Notes under the pieces: model-generated
Database searches by the model: none
Told to the model about the DNA's origin: nothing
The model's input: the letters and a program-made list of their open reading frames with translations, nothing else
In this document: positions 17,210-27,379 of the stretch, piece by piece
Position numbering within the stretch: position 1 is the stretch's first letter
Layout of the letters: the number at the start of each line of letters is the position of its first letter
Assembly (NCBI GenBank): GCA_018660265.1
Contig: JABJKS010000106.1
Coordinates: forward strand, 1,144 to 65,143
DNA: 64,000 nucleotides
DNA from: Rhodospirillaceae bacterium
GTDB lineage: Bacteria > Pseudomonadota > Alphaproteobacteria > GCA-2731375
Direction of reading: 5' to 3'
Position numbers and translations under genes: made by a program

Positions 17210-17821
17210 ATGTTAGCCAATATTCACAATCGCCTGGAAATTGTGTCCCGTTGGGCCGTCTGGGTGGGCGGTGCGGCGCTGATGGCTGCGGCGCTCATGG
17301 TTACCGTTGATGTTTTAGCTCGCAAATTTGTCGGGATAACCATGAGCGGTTCGGATGAATATTCAGGCTATGTATTTTCCGCGACGACAACCTGGGCTTA
17401 TTCATTTTGTTTATTGCATCGTTCCAACGTGCGGATCGATGCGTTTTATAGCTTGTTGCCCAAGCCGGTTGCCGCCTGTCTTGATGTCGTCGGCTGCATC
17501 CTGTTGTTCTATTACATGTCAGTCATGACTTATTACGCCGGCATATCCTTTGGCAATTCCTGGCAAAGCAATTCCGTATCGATCACCACACTCGGTACGC
17601 CGCAGTGGATCCCACAATTATTCTGGTTTGCCGGATTGCTGCTGTTTTTGATTACTTTGGTATTTGTAACGCTTTACGCCACCCTCAGTCTGTTTCAGCG
17701 CAATTGGGAGCTCGTTGCAAAGCTCATTGGCGTGCCCTCCATCGCAGAAGTTATGGAAGAAGAAACACATGGCCAGGACGTGGTCCTGGCAACTGGCGAC
17801 GGCGCCGAGGGGACGAGATAA
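17210..17821 (+). CDS. dctQ: TRAP transporter small permease
   Basis: Four TM segments; DV.AR, GSDE, NVRID motifs. Confidence 0.88.
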   Translation: MLANIHNRLEIVSRWAVWVGGAALMAAALMVTVDVLARKFVGITMSGSDEYSGYVFSATTTWAYSFCLLHRSNVRIDAFYSLLPKPVAACLDVVGCILLFYYMSVMTYYAGISFGNSWQSNSVSITTLGTPQWIPQLFWFAGLLLFLITLVFVTLYATLSLFQRNWELVAKLIGVPSIAEVMEEETHGQDVVLATGDGAEGTR

Positions 17822-17825
17822 GACG

Positions 17826-19124
17826 ATGGTTATCGGAATTGTAGTAGGTTTACTTGTACTTGTACTCTCCGCCGTACCGGTAGCGGCTGTACTTGGTATA
17901 TTGAGTTTTGTCCTTGATGAAGTCGCCATGGACGGCAGATTGACCGCCGCCCTGGCGGAGATTTATTGGGACAAGAGCAAGGAATTCATCCTCGTTGCCG
18001 TGCCCATGTTTATCCTGCTGGGTGAGATCATGCTGCGCGCCGGCATCGCACGGCGGATGTATGGCGCGGTCATTCAATGGCTGTCATGGCTACCCGGCGG
18101 CTTGATGCATGCCAATATCGGCTCCTGCACCATATTCGCCGCCTCTTCGGGATCCAGCGTGGCGACGGCTGCAACGGTGGGCACGGTTGCCTATCCGGAA
18201 ATCGAAAAAAGAAAATATAACGAGCGCCTGTTCCTCGGTTCCCTGGCGGCGGGCGGTACTTTGGGTATCCTGGTGCCGCCGTCCATTAATTTAATCATCT
18301 ATGGCTTGTTGACCGATACCTCGGTGCCCGAGCTTTATCTCGCGGGCATTTTCCCAGGCTTGATGCTTGCGGGGCTTTTCATGGTGGCGATTATCGGGGC
18401 CTGCATATACCGGCCATCCTGGGGTGGCGTCAAGGTTGAGACCAATTGGACCGACCGCATCAGAACCCTGCCTGACCTGTTGCCGCCAATCGTCTTATTT
18501 ACCGCCGTTGTCGGCTCCATTTATGCCGGCATAGCCACGCCGACGGAAGCCGCGTCCATCGGCGTCATGGTCGCGCTCATTATCGCCGCCTCCTTCAAAA
18601 GCCTGAATTTCAAGATGCTTCGGGATTCCTTCGAAGGCACCATGCGCACCACGGCCATGATCATGTTGATCGTGTTCGCGGCAATATTTTTGAACTTTGT
18701 TCTTGGCTTCATGGGTATCACCCAGGCGATGCTGGCTTTTATCGCTGATATGGGGCTGACGCCAATACAAACGATCTATTTGATCGTGGCCTTCTATTTG
18801 CTGCTGGGCATGTTCATGGAAACCTTATCCATGATGCTGACTACGATCCCCATCGTCTTTCCCATCGTGATGAAATTGGGCGTGCCGGAATTTTCCGATG
18901 TTTGGTTTGGCATTCTCATTACCTTGCTCATGGAAGCGGCCTTGATCACGCCGCCCATCGGTGTCAATCTTTACGTAGTTCAAGGCATCCGGACCCGGGG
19001 CGGTAAGTTCAACGACGTGGCCATTGGTGCCATTCCCTTTGTCGTCTCCATGCTGTTCATGATCGTGATTTTGATCAGTTGGCCGTCGGTTGCGACCTGG
19101 TTGCCAAATCAGGTTTATCACTAG
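17826..19124 (+). CDS. dctM: TRAP transporter large permease
   Basis: AVPMFIL.GE, SGSSVATA, GGTLGILVPPS, TPTEAA, ITPPIGVNL. Confidence 0.93.
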   Translation: MVIGIVVGLLVLVLSAVPVAAVLGILSFVLDEVAMDGRLTAALAEIYWDKSKEFILVAVPMFILLGEIMLRAGIARRMYGAVIQWLSWLPGGLMHANIGSCTIFAASSGSSVATAATVGTVAYPEIEKRKYNERLFLGSLAAGGTLGILVPPSINLIIYGLLTDTSVPELYLAGIFPGLMLAGLFMVAIIGACIYRPSWGGVKVETNWTDRIRTLPDLLPPIVLFTAVVGSIYAGIATPTEAASIGVMVALIIAASFKSLNFKMLRDSFEGTMRTTAMIMLIVFAAIFLNFVLGFMGITQAMLAFIADMGLTPIQTIYLIVAFYLLLGMFMETLSMMLTTIPIVFPIVMKLGVPEFSDVWFGILITLLMEAALITPPIGVNLYVVQGIRTRGGKFNDVAIGAIPFVVSMLFMIVILISWPSVATWLPNQVYH

Positions 19125-19199
19125 GTTTTATTGTTGGGAATTGGCGCAGGGGATTAGCAGGCAAATTAGCCCCTTGTCATGATTTAGGTGGAGTGAACG

Positions 19200-21251
19200 A
19201 TGGCCTGGATCATCGGCGTTGATGTCGGCGGAACTTTTACGGATTTTCACGTTTATGACGATGAAAGCGGTGAGCTGCGCATCCATAAGACCCCTTCGAC
19301 ACCGGATAACCCGGCCAGGGCGGTCCTGAACGGCATTAATGAGCTGTCTGATGATATGAAGCTGGCGGATGTCAGCCGCCTATCCCACGGCACTACCGTG
19401 GCCACCAATGCCCTGATCCAGCGCCGTGGCGGCAAAGTGGCCTTGCTGGTCACCGAAGGGTTTCGTGATCTGCTGGAAATTGGCCGGCAAATCCGCCCCC
19501 ACATGTTCAGTTTTCAACAGGATCACCCAACCCCCCTGGTGCCGCGAGAGAGGCGTTTGGAGGTGGCCGAACGTATTCTTTTTGACGGCTCGGTTCATCG
19601 GCCTTTAACTCAAGCCGCAATCGATGGTGCCGTCGTCGCCGTACGGGAAAGCGGTGCCGATTGCCTGGCGATTTGTTTGATATTCGGCTTCATCAATCCC
19701 GATCACGAGAGGCGATTGCGCGACGCCCTTACATCGGCCCTGCCGGATCTACAGATCTCTATCTCATCAGAGGTGCAGCCGGAGTTTCGCGAGTACGAGC
19801 GTCTGTCCACGACCGTCCTGAATGCCTTTCTACAGCCAATCATGGGCAGCTATCTGACCGAATTCGAGGATCAACTGACCAAGTTGATGCCCAATGCAGA
19901 CCTGGGCATCAACCAATCCGCCGGCGGCCTGATGACACCCAGCCGGGCCCGGCAGCTGCCCATTCGCACGGCCCTATCGGGGCCGGCGGCAGGCGTCGTC
20001 GGGGCGGTTGATGCCGCGCGCTCCGCCGATCTGACCAACGTTATCACGCTTGATATGGGCGGTACCTCGGCCGATGTCTGCCTGATCCGCGATTTAGAGG
20101 CTGATGTGGCCTATGACCGCTGGATTGAAGGCTACCCGGTGCGCCTGGCCAGTGTGGATGTGAACGCGGTTGGCGCGGGGGGTGGTTCCATCGCCTGGTT
20201 TGAACGGGATGGTCTGATGAAGGTGGGACCACAAAGTGCAGGCGCGGTGCCTGGCCCGGCCTGTTATGGTCAGGGCGGTACGGAGCCGACGGTTTCGGAC
20301 GCCAATCTGGTGCTGGGCCGGTTATCACCGAAAGGTCTGTTGGGCGGCGGTATGGCTCTTGACGTTGACGCCGCGCGCGCCTCCCTGACACCAGCCGCAG
20401 AACGCCTGGGCATGACAATTGAGCGCACGGCGCATGGTATTCTAGGTATTGTTGCTGCCAATATGGTCCGCGCCATCCGAACTATATCCGTCGAACGGGG
20501 CCATGATCCCCGTGATTTTGTCTTGCTGCCGTTCGGCGGTGCTGGGCCGTTGCATGCAGTTGATGTGGCCCGTGCGCTTGGTATCAACCGGATGTTGGTG
20601 CCCATGGCACCGGGCATTCTGTGCGCTCGTGGATTGGTGGTGTCCGATTTGCGGGAAGGTTTCGTTATTAGCCGGGTGATGCCGTTGGTGGCAGACGCCA
20701 TGGGCGACATCACGGCCAATCTTGTGGATTTGGGACGGCAAGCAGCAGCTTGGTTCGCGCAGGCGGGCATTGATGCGGACGACCGGCAAACCATGTTCAG
20801 CCTGGATATGCGCTATATCGGGCAAAATTACGAATTGCAGGTGGACCTTGATGATGCCCAGGCCCAGGTGCCCGCGCTTTCGGTCCTGGCGGAAAAATTC
20901 TTCGCCGCTCATGAACGCAGCTATGGCTATCATAATCCCGAAGACCCGGTGGAAGTTGTGAACCTGCGGGTTACGGCCATTGGTCGCTTGGCAGGTCCAG
21001 GTGATGGGGGCTGGCAGGCGATGGCAGCGCCGGGTACCAAGGCGCAGGCGGATACCACCCGACAGGTCTGGTTCAGTGGTGATACCTCGGTAGAGACACC
21101 GGTCTATGATCGGGCCAAGTTGCTGCCGGGTCATGAATTTGACGGTCCTGCGGTAATAGAGCAACTGGATGCCACCACGATTTTGGCCCCAGGGGATCAA
21201 TGCCGCATTGACCAAGCCGGCAATCTATATGTGGAGCTAAGCCATGAATAG
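19200..21251 (+). CDS. Hydantoinase A / 5-oxoprolinase family (ATP-binding subunit)
   Basis: GVDVGGTFTD, HGTTVATNA, SGPAAG, DMGGTS, GAGGGS, DMRY.GQ motifs. Confidence 0.93.
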   Translation: MAWIIGVDVGGTFTDFHVYDDESGELRIHKTPSTPDNPARAVLNGINELSDDMKLADVSRLSHGTTVATNALIQRRGGKVALLVTEGFRDLLEIGRQIRPHMFSFQQDHPTPLVPRERRLEVAERILFDGSVHRPLTQAAIDGAVVAVRESGADCLAICLIFGFINPDHERRLRDALTSALPDLQISISSEVQPEFREYERLSTTVLNAFLQPIMGSYLTEFEDQLTKLMPNADLGINQSAGGLMTPSRARQLPIRTALSGPAAGVVGAVDAARSADLTNVITLDMGGTSADVCLIRDLEADVAYDRWIEGYPVRLASVDVNAVGAGGGSIAWFERDGLMKVGPQSAGAVPGPACYGQGGTEPTVSDANLVLGRLSPKGLLGGGMALDVDAARASLTPAAERLGMTIERTAHGILGIVAANMVRAIRTISVERGHDPRDFVLLPFGGAGPLHAVDVARALGINRMLVPMAPGILCARGLVVSDLREGFVISRVMPLVADAMGDITANLVDLGRQAAAWFAQAGIDADDRQTMFSLDMRYIGQNYELQVDLDDAQAQVPALSVLAEKFFAAHERSYGYHNPEDPVEVVNLRVTAIGRLAGPGDGGWQAMAAPGTKAQADTTRQVWFSGDTSVETPVYDRAKLLPGHEFDGPAVIEQLDATTILAPGDQCRIDQAGNLYVELSHE

Positions 21252-22950
21252 TACAGCGACGCCTGACACCGCGGAAATTGACCCCATCACCCTGGAAATT
21301 TTGCGAAACAGCCTGCGTTCGATCACCGATGAAAGCTATATCGCCCTGACCAAGGCGGCCTATTCCACCAACATCAAGGAACGCCGGGATCATTCAATTG
21401 CCATTACCGACGCCCGGGGGCGGTTGGTGGTGCAATCGGAAAACTCCCTGCCCATCCATCTCGCCTCCATGCTGGGGATGATGGAAGCCCTGACCGCGAA
21501 ATACAGCGCCGACGACATGACGCCGGGCGATATTTTCGTTGCCAATGATCCATATGTCGCGGGCGGCACCCATTTACCGGACGTCAATTTAGCGATGCCG
21601 GTCTTCATTGACGGGGAACTGTTGGGCTTCGTCTGTAATATCGCGCACCATGCGGACATTGGCGGCATGACGCCCGGCAGTATGGCTGGTGGGATGTCGG
21701 AGATTTATCAGGAAGGTCTGCGTATTCCCCTGGTACGCCTGTTTGCGGGCGGCGAGTTGGTGCAGGATATTTTCGATCTGCTGTTATTGAACGTCCGGGT
21801 GCCGCATGAACGCCGGGGTGATTATTTCGCCCAGGTCGCGGCCTGCCGCCTTGGTTCCCGCCGAATGGCGGAATTGGCCCAGCGCTATGCGCCTGAAATG
21901 CTGGTGCGTTCGTTTGATGCCATTATGGATCGAACGGAAGGCCGCCTGCGTGACGGCATTCGTACTATTCCCGATGGGGTCTACGAATTTGCCGATCTGC
22001 TGGATAACGATGGTATGGGCACGGTGGATATCCCCATTGCTGTCCGTATCGAGGTGAAGGGCGCGGATATTGCCTTTGATTTTGCCGGTACGGGCGACCA
22101 AATGAAGGGCAATTTCAACATGACCTTCAACGCCGCGCAATCGGCGGTGTACTACGTCCTGAAGGCGATGCTGGACCCTGATTTGCCCAACAATTACGGC
22201 TTGATCCGGGCAGTGGAGATTAGCGCGCCACTGGGTTGTCTGGTCAATGCAGTTCACCCGGGCGCGGTGGCGGGCCGGGCCAATACCTCGCAACGGGTCG
22301 TCGATGTGCTGATCGGTGCCATGGCACAGGCCTTGCCCGAACAAGCCGTGGGCGCTGCCAATGGGGCCAATGTGACAGCAGTATTTTTTGGCCACGATCC
22401 CCGCCACGACCGGCCTTACTTATACCTGGAGACCCTGGGCGGCGGCTTTGGTGGCCGTTTTACCAAGGATGGAAAAGATGGCGTGCAGGTGCATATTACC
22501 AACACCTCCAACCTGCCCGTAGAATCAATCGAGGCGGAGTATCCCCTGCTGGTGGAAAGTTATGGCCTGATCCCGGATTCGGGCGGTGCCGGCAAATATC
22601 GGGGCGGCCTGGGCATTCGCCGGGTGGTGCGGCCTTTGGGGCACGAGACCGTTTTCTCAGGCATGGGTGAACGCTTCAAGCATCAGCCGTGGGGTATTTT
22701 TGGCGGCGGGCCCGGCGGAACGGGACGTTTCTCTGTCCAGGGTCCCAGCCATAATGACGAGACCTTGCCCGACAAACCGAACCATGTACCCCTCGGCCCT
22801 GAAGATGCTGTGATCATCGAAACTCCAGGTGCCGGCGGCTATGGTGAACCGCGTGAGCGGGAGGCCGAAGCCTTGGCCGCCGACTATCGCGACGGTAAGT
22901 TCAGCGCGGAATACCTGCGCCAACATTACGGTTTTGAGCCTGCGGAATAG
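21244..22950 (+). CDS. Hydantoinase B / 5-oxoprolinase family
   Basis: DPITLEI, NDPY..GTHLPD, HHADIGG, SGGAGKYRGG, TPGAGGYG. Confidence 0.93.
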   Translation: MNSTATPDTAEIDPITLEILRNSLRSITDESYIALTKAAYSTNIKERRDHSIAITDARGRLVVQSENSLPIHLASMLGMMEALTAKYSADDMTPGDIFVANDPYVAGGTHLPDVNLAMPVFIDGELLGFVCNIAHHADIGGMTPGSMAGGMSEIYQEGLRIPLVRLFAGGELVQDIFDLLLLNVRVPHERRGDYFAQVAACRLGSRRMAELAQRYAPEMLVRSFDAIMDRTEGRLRDGIRTIPDGVYEFADLLDNDGMGTVDIPIAVRIEVKGADIAFDFAGTGDQMKGNFNMTFNAAQSAVYYVLKAMLDPDLPNNYGLIRAVEISAPLGCLVNAVHPGAVAGRANTSQRVVDVLIGAMAQALPEQAVGAANGANVTAVFFGHDPRHDRPYLYLETLGGGFGGRFTKDGKDGVQVHITNTSNLPVESIEAEYPLLVESYGLIPDSGGAGKYRGGLGIRRVVRPLGHETVFSGMGERFKHQPWGIFGGGPGGTGRFSVQGPSHNDETLPDKPNHVPLGPEDAVIIETPGAGGYGEPREREAEALAADYRDGKFSAEYLRQHYGFEPAE

Positions 22951-22963
22951 GAGCTGCTGTCTG

Positions 22964-24064
22964 ATGGATATGGCGCGCCCCGCGTGGATAGAGATCGATT
23001 TGGCCGCCCTACGCTATAACGTTGGCCTGCTGCATGAACGGGTTGGAGCGGACGTCGAGGTTATGGCCGTCATCAAAAGCGACGGTTTTGGCTGTGGTGC
23101 CGCCGTGATCGCGGCGGCTGTGTTGGACGGGGGTGCCGAAAGCCTTGCCGTCGGCAACCCTGACGATGCCCGCGCCGTTCGTGATGCCGGCATTGACGCG
23201 CCGATGTTGCTTTATGCATCGACCCCACCAAGTGCTGCGGCACAGGTCGCGGCCCTGGACGTGATCGCCACAGTACACGATCTGGAAAGCCTGGCGGCTT
23301 TTGATGGGTTAGGAAAACCCATGGATGTGCAATTCAAGATCGAGGCCGGTTTGGGCCGTTTGGGCTTGAACCCCGACGATTGGCAGGCCGCATACGGGGC
23401 GGTTCAGGCGTCTGATAATCTGCGCCTGGTGGGGATCTATACCCACCTTAACGGGCCTGACAATCCTGCCTCTATCAAACGCCAGATTGCCGAGTTCGAC
23501 CGCGCCTACAAAATCGGTCTGGGCGCGGGCTTTAATAATCTTCGGCGTATGGTGGCATCGTCGAACGTCGTCCTGGGTTATCCGGAACTGAACTATGATG
23601 CGGTCAATGCGGGTCGCTTGATGTTCCATCTGTTAGATGGCAAATGGGCCGATATGATCGATACCCGGCCCGTCATGTCGGCAGTGAAAAGCGCCATCAT
23701 CCAGGTTAAGGAATTTCCTGCCGGTGCTGTCGTTGGCTTTCTGGGCCCGGAACCGATTGCGAAACCAACCCGTTTGGCGGTAATGCCCATCGGCTTTGGC
23801 GATGGTTTCAAGCATCGTCCGCCCTTGGGTGAAGTTCTGGTGCATGCTCAGCGTGCGCCTGTGGTCGGTCGCCGGGGCATCGAACACACTGTGATCGACG
23901 TTACCGATATCGGCGCGGCATCTGTCGGTGATGAAGTGGTATTGTTGGGCCAGCAAGACGGGGCTGAGATTAGCGGCACGGAACTGGGTGACTGGCTTGA
24001 CCTGCCGCTGATGGAAATTTTGCCCCGTCTGGCCCGAACCCTGCCAAAGGTCTATCTGGGCTGA
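22964..24064 (+). CDS. Alanine-racemase-fold PLP enzyme with a non-canonical active site
   Basis: WIEIDLAAL..N, AVIK (PLP Lys), GLGRLG, YTH, PIG..DG, VGDEVVLLG; AGGAG RBS. Confidence 0.85.
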   Translation: MDMARPAWIEIDLAALRYNVGLLHERVGADVEVMAVIKSDGFGCGAAVIAAAVLDGGAESLAVGNPDDARAVRDAGIDAPMLLYASTPPSAAAQVAALDVIATVHDLESLAAFDGLGKPMDVQFKIEAGLGRLGLNPDDWQAAYGAVQASDNLRLVGIYTHLNGPDNPASIKRQIAEFDRAYKIGLGAGFNNLRRMVASSNVVLGYPELNYDAVNAGRLMFHLLDGKWADMIDTRPVMSAVKSAIIQVKEFPAGAVVGFLGPEPIAKPTRLAVMPIGFGDGFKHRPPLGEVLVHAQRAPVVGRRGIEHTVIDVTDIGAASVGDEVVLLGQQDGAEISGTELGDWLDLPLMEILPRLARTLPKVYLG

Positions 24065-24082
24065 TCCAAAGCTTCAATAGCG

Positions 24083-25633
24083 CTATTGCTTCTTTGAATT
24101 CCCAAGCATGAACGCGGGCACCAAGGCGAAGATGAAGACGACAGCGGTGATCAAAAAGCTATCCTGGAAGCCCATGGTATAGGCCTGGGCCTCAATCACA
24201 CGGCCCAGAAAATGTAATGATCCGGGCTGTAACAGGGCATCGGATGCGCCACCGCGGGCTAGAAGTTCTGCAATCTGGTCGAGGAGTAGCCTACTTTGCG
24301 GATTGTCGTGGGTTTGTGTGGTTGTCAGTGCGGCTGAATGGATTTCCGTCCGTTTTTCCATAAAGACAACCAGCAGATTAACGCCAAAGGCACCGCCCAT
24401 CAAACGCACGAAATTGATCGTGCCTGATGCGTTATTGAGTTTTTCAGGCGGCAATGCGTTGAGTGCGGAGACATTGATGGCCGGTAACATAATACTCTGA
24501 CCAATACGTCCGACGATCACATAGACAACCAGTGTTAAAAAGGCGGTGTTGACGTCTGTCAGATGCAGCAAAACGGAGCCAAAGGCAAACAGCAGCAGGC
24601 CGATGATGGTCAAATTGCGGGCCGGAAAAACATCTACCATACGACCGGCAATGGGAAAGAACAGCATCACAACAAAGCCCGCGGGCATGGTCACCAGGCC
24701 GGCATCTGTTGGGGTGAAGTTCTGCACGGTTTGTACGAAGACCGGTATCAAATAGATTGTCGCAAAATTCCCAGCCCCAAAGACGAAGCCAAGCGCCGCC
24801 GCCGCAGCGAATTGGCGATAGCGAAAGACGGCGAAGTCTAGAATGGGCGCACTTGCGCGCAACTGCGACATTACGAAGGCAACGAACAGGCCGATGCCCA
24901 TGAAGCCTAACAACAGGATCTTGTCGGATGTCCAGCCATCCCTATGGCCGTTGGCAATGGCGGTCATGGCGCAAATAATGGCACCGACAATCAGGCCATA
25001 GCCGATCCAATTAAACGGCAGTCGCGCACTCTCCTCATCCCGTGTCGGCATGAACAAAGTACCGAGAACGATGGAGAGGCCGGCAAACGGCAACGGAATA
25101 AAGAACATATAGCGCCAGCTGATGGCATCGATCGTTATGCCGCCAACGACCGGCCCCATGACCGGTGCCAGCATGATGCCCATGCCATAAAGGCTGAGGG
25201 CCAGGCCTCGATTTTGGATGGGGAAAGCGCGAAAAATTGTCACCATCACAATCGGTTGCACAATCCCGGCGGCCACCCCCTGCAAAGTTCGCGCCGCAAT
25301 GAGGACGTCAATATTAGGTGCCACTGCGCCAAGCAGTGAACCGGCAATGAACAATGCCACCGCGCCAAGGTATCCGCCTCGTGGTCCGGCCACCGACATA
25401 GCCCAGGCACCCAGCAGCTGGCTGGCCGTCATTGCCGACAGAAACGCCGTGGACATCCACTGTGCTTCGCCTTGCCCAACGCCGAATGTTCCCATGATTG
25501 AGGGCACGGCGACGTTTACCATTGTCGATGACAAAATCATCGTCATGGCCGCCATCATGCCCGTCACGGCAACAATCCATCGATACGAAGGACCATAGCG
25601 TGCGCGCAATGTCTCGACAGTCTCCGTCGTCAA
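24083..25633 (-). CDS. DHA2 (EmrB/QacA) family MFS transporter
   Basis: TMVNVAVP, ARTLQG, APVMGPVVGG, WRYMF motifs; many TM segments. Confidence 0.9.
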   Translation of the reverse strand: MTTETVETLRARYGPSYRWIVAVTGMMAAMTMILSSTMVNVAVPSIMGTFGVGQGEAQWMSTAFLSAMTASQLLGAWAMSVAGPRGGYLGAVALFIAGSLLGAVAPNIDVLIAARTLQGVAAGIVQPIVMVTIFRAFPIQNRGLALSLYGMGIMLAPVMGPVVGGITIDAISWRYMFFIPLPFAGLSIVLGTLFMPTRDEESARLPFNWIGYGLIVGAIICAMTAIANGHRDGWTSDKILLLGFMGIGLFVAFVMSQLRASAPILDFAVFRYRQFAAAAALGFVFGAGNFATIYLIPVFVQTVQNFTPTDAGLVTMPAGFVVMLFFPIAGRMVDVFPARNLTIIGLLLFAFGSVLLHLTDVNTAFLTLVVYVIVGRIGQSIMLPAINVSALNALPPEKLNNASGTINFVRLMGGAFGVNLLVVFMEKRTEIHSAALTTTQTHDNPQSRLLLDQIAELLARGGASDALLQPGSLHFLGRVIEAQAYTMGFQDSFLITAVVFIFALVPAFMLGNSKKQ

Positions 25634-25779
25634 TCCACGCCTGACTTTCAGTAAATGGGCAAATAGGGATTTGCCCTATTTGGATCTAGCTGGTGCTTAC
25701 CTGCAGAACCAGAATATCCCATATATCCCGGTGTATACGCCAGCCCGCCGCCCACCAGCCGCTAAATTCGCTAAATCCG

Positions 25780-27354
25780 CTAAATGGGGGAAATTGGGCG
25801 CACCCTTGGCGGGCCCATGTCGGGCCGGCGCGCCGGGCAGGAGGCGAACGTTTCGATCAGGATCTGCCGTGTGTCGCGCGGGTCGATGACATCATCAATG
25901 CCGAAGTCACGGGCCGCGTCCATAGCCCCGGTCTGAGCCTTAATTCGCTCAATCATGCCGGTGCGGGCAGCATCGGGATCGTCCGCTGCCATGTAATATT
26001 TTTTGTAGGCGACATCCACGGCACCTTCGATGGACATGGCGCAAATCTCTGCCGTGGGCCAGGCGAAGGCGGCATCCGCATCAAAGGCGCGCCCGCCGCC
26101 CATGGCGTAATAACCGCCGCCGTAACCTTTTCGCAGCACCACGGAAACCCGCGGCACCGTCGCCACGCCCATCTCAAAGAACAGCCGGCCGCTGCGCTGG
26201 CCCAGGCCGGTATCTTCGGCGTCAGGCCCAATGGCGATACCGGGAATATCGATCAACGATACCAGGGGCAGGCCGAAGGCATCACACATGGCAATAAAAT
26301 GCGCCACTTTTTCGCACGCAGGGGTGTCCAGAATACCGCCCTTGCGCAAGGGTTGATTGGCGAAAAAGCCAACCGGGCGGCCATCCAGCCGGGCAAAGCA
26401 GGTGATGATATTGCGGGCGTAGTCCGGTTTCAGCTCAAACGTACTATCCACATCGGCGATGATCTTGATCACCTTGCGCATGTCATAGACCTTGCGGGGG
26501 GACGCCGTGACCAGGTCCAACAGTTTATCGTCCCGGCGGTCAATGGGGTCATCGCATGCCGTAATGGGCAAGGGCTGTGCGGAATTTTGCGGCAGGTAGG
26601 ACAGGAATTTCCGCACGGCTTCCAGGCATTCTTCCTCCGTATCCACGGCCAAATCGGCGATACCTTGTTCTTCGGCCTGGCGTTTGGCACCGCCCAGGTC
26701 CTCCTTGGAAATATCTATGCCCATTCCCGCCTTGACCAGTGCTGGGCCCGCAATGCCCATGGTGGATTTGCCGCGCAACATAACGACGAAGTCGGCCAGG
26801 GAAGCATAGGCCGTGGGTCCGGCAAAGCCCTGGCCCATCATGGCGACAACGTTAGGCACCCAGCCGGACAGCTTGCACATATTATTGAAAACGGGGGATG
26901 CGGCAGCGAAATGGGCCGCGTTCATGCCATCCTGAATTCGGTGGCCGCCACCTTCCAACATCATCACCATGGGCAGGCCGCGCACGACGCTGCGCTGTAT
27001 CAGGCGGCCAACTTTGTTATCGGCGACCGAGCCGATGCTGCCGCCATGAACCGTGAAGTCCTGGCCAAAGATACAAACCTCCCGCCCATCGACCTTGGCG
27101 GTGCCGGTAATCGCGCCATCGGCAGGTGCGATCAGATCGCGGCTTAACTCGTTACTGCGTTCCGGTTCCACCAAAGCGCCCATTTCGCGAAAACTATCCG
27201 CATCGACAAATTGTTCAATGCGTTCCCGTGCCGTGCCCATGTCAAAGGCCCGGCGTTTGGCCACGGCCTCGGGGCGTCCCTCGTCCATCACCTTGGTTCT
27301 GGCAGCCTGCAGTTGTTCCAGTTTGTCCCGTGATGTGGGCTCGGTCATGCTCAA
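25780..27354 (-). CDS. Acyl-CoA carboxylase carboxyltransferase (beta) subunit
   Basis: TARERI, DFTV.GGS, GGGHRIQDG, GP.LVKA, DIPG..G, KGYGGGY, IDDVIDPRDTR. Confidence 0.92.
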   Translation of the reverse strand: MSMTEPTSRDKLEQLQAARTKVMDEGRPEAVAKRRAFDMGTARERIEQFVDADSFREMGALVEPERSNELSRDLIAPADGAITGTAKVDGREVCIFGQDFTVHGGSIGSVADNKVGRLIQRSVVRGLPMVMMLEGGGHRIQDGMNAAHFAAASPVFNNMCKLSGWVPNVVAMMGQGFAGPTAYASLADFVVMLRGKSTMGIAGPALVKAGMGIDISKEDLGGAKRQAEEQGIADLAVDTEEECLEAVRKFLSYLPQNSAQPLPITACDDPIDRRDDKLLDLVTASPRKVYDMRKVIKIIADVDSTFELKPDYARNIITCFARLDGRPVGFFANQPLRKGGILDTPACEKVAHFIAMCDAFGLPLVSLIDIPGIAIGPDAEDTGLGQRSGRLFFEMGVATVPRVSVVLRKGYGGGYYAMGGGRAFDADAAFAWPTAEICAMSIEGAVDVAYKKYYMAADDPDAARTGMIERIKAQTGAMDAARDFGIDDVIDPRDTRQILIETFASCPARRPDMGPPRVRPISPI

Positions 27355-27379
27355 TACGCTCCTACTACAAATTCAATCT

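Noticed and set aside
25693..27147. 484-aa plus-strand ORF
   Set aside because: Entirely antisense to the carboxyltransferase gene; typical high-GC shadow frame without motifs.
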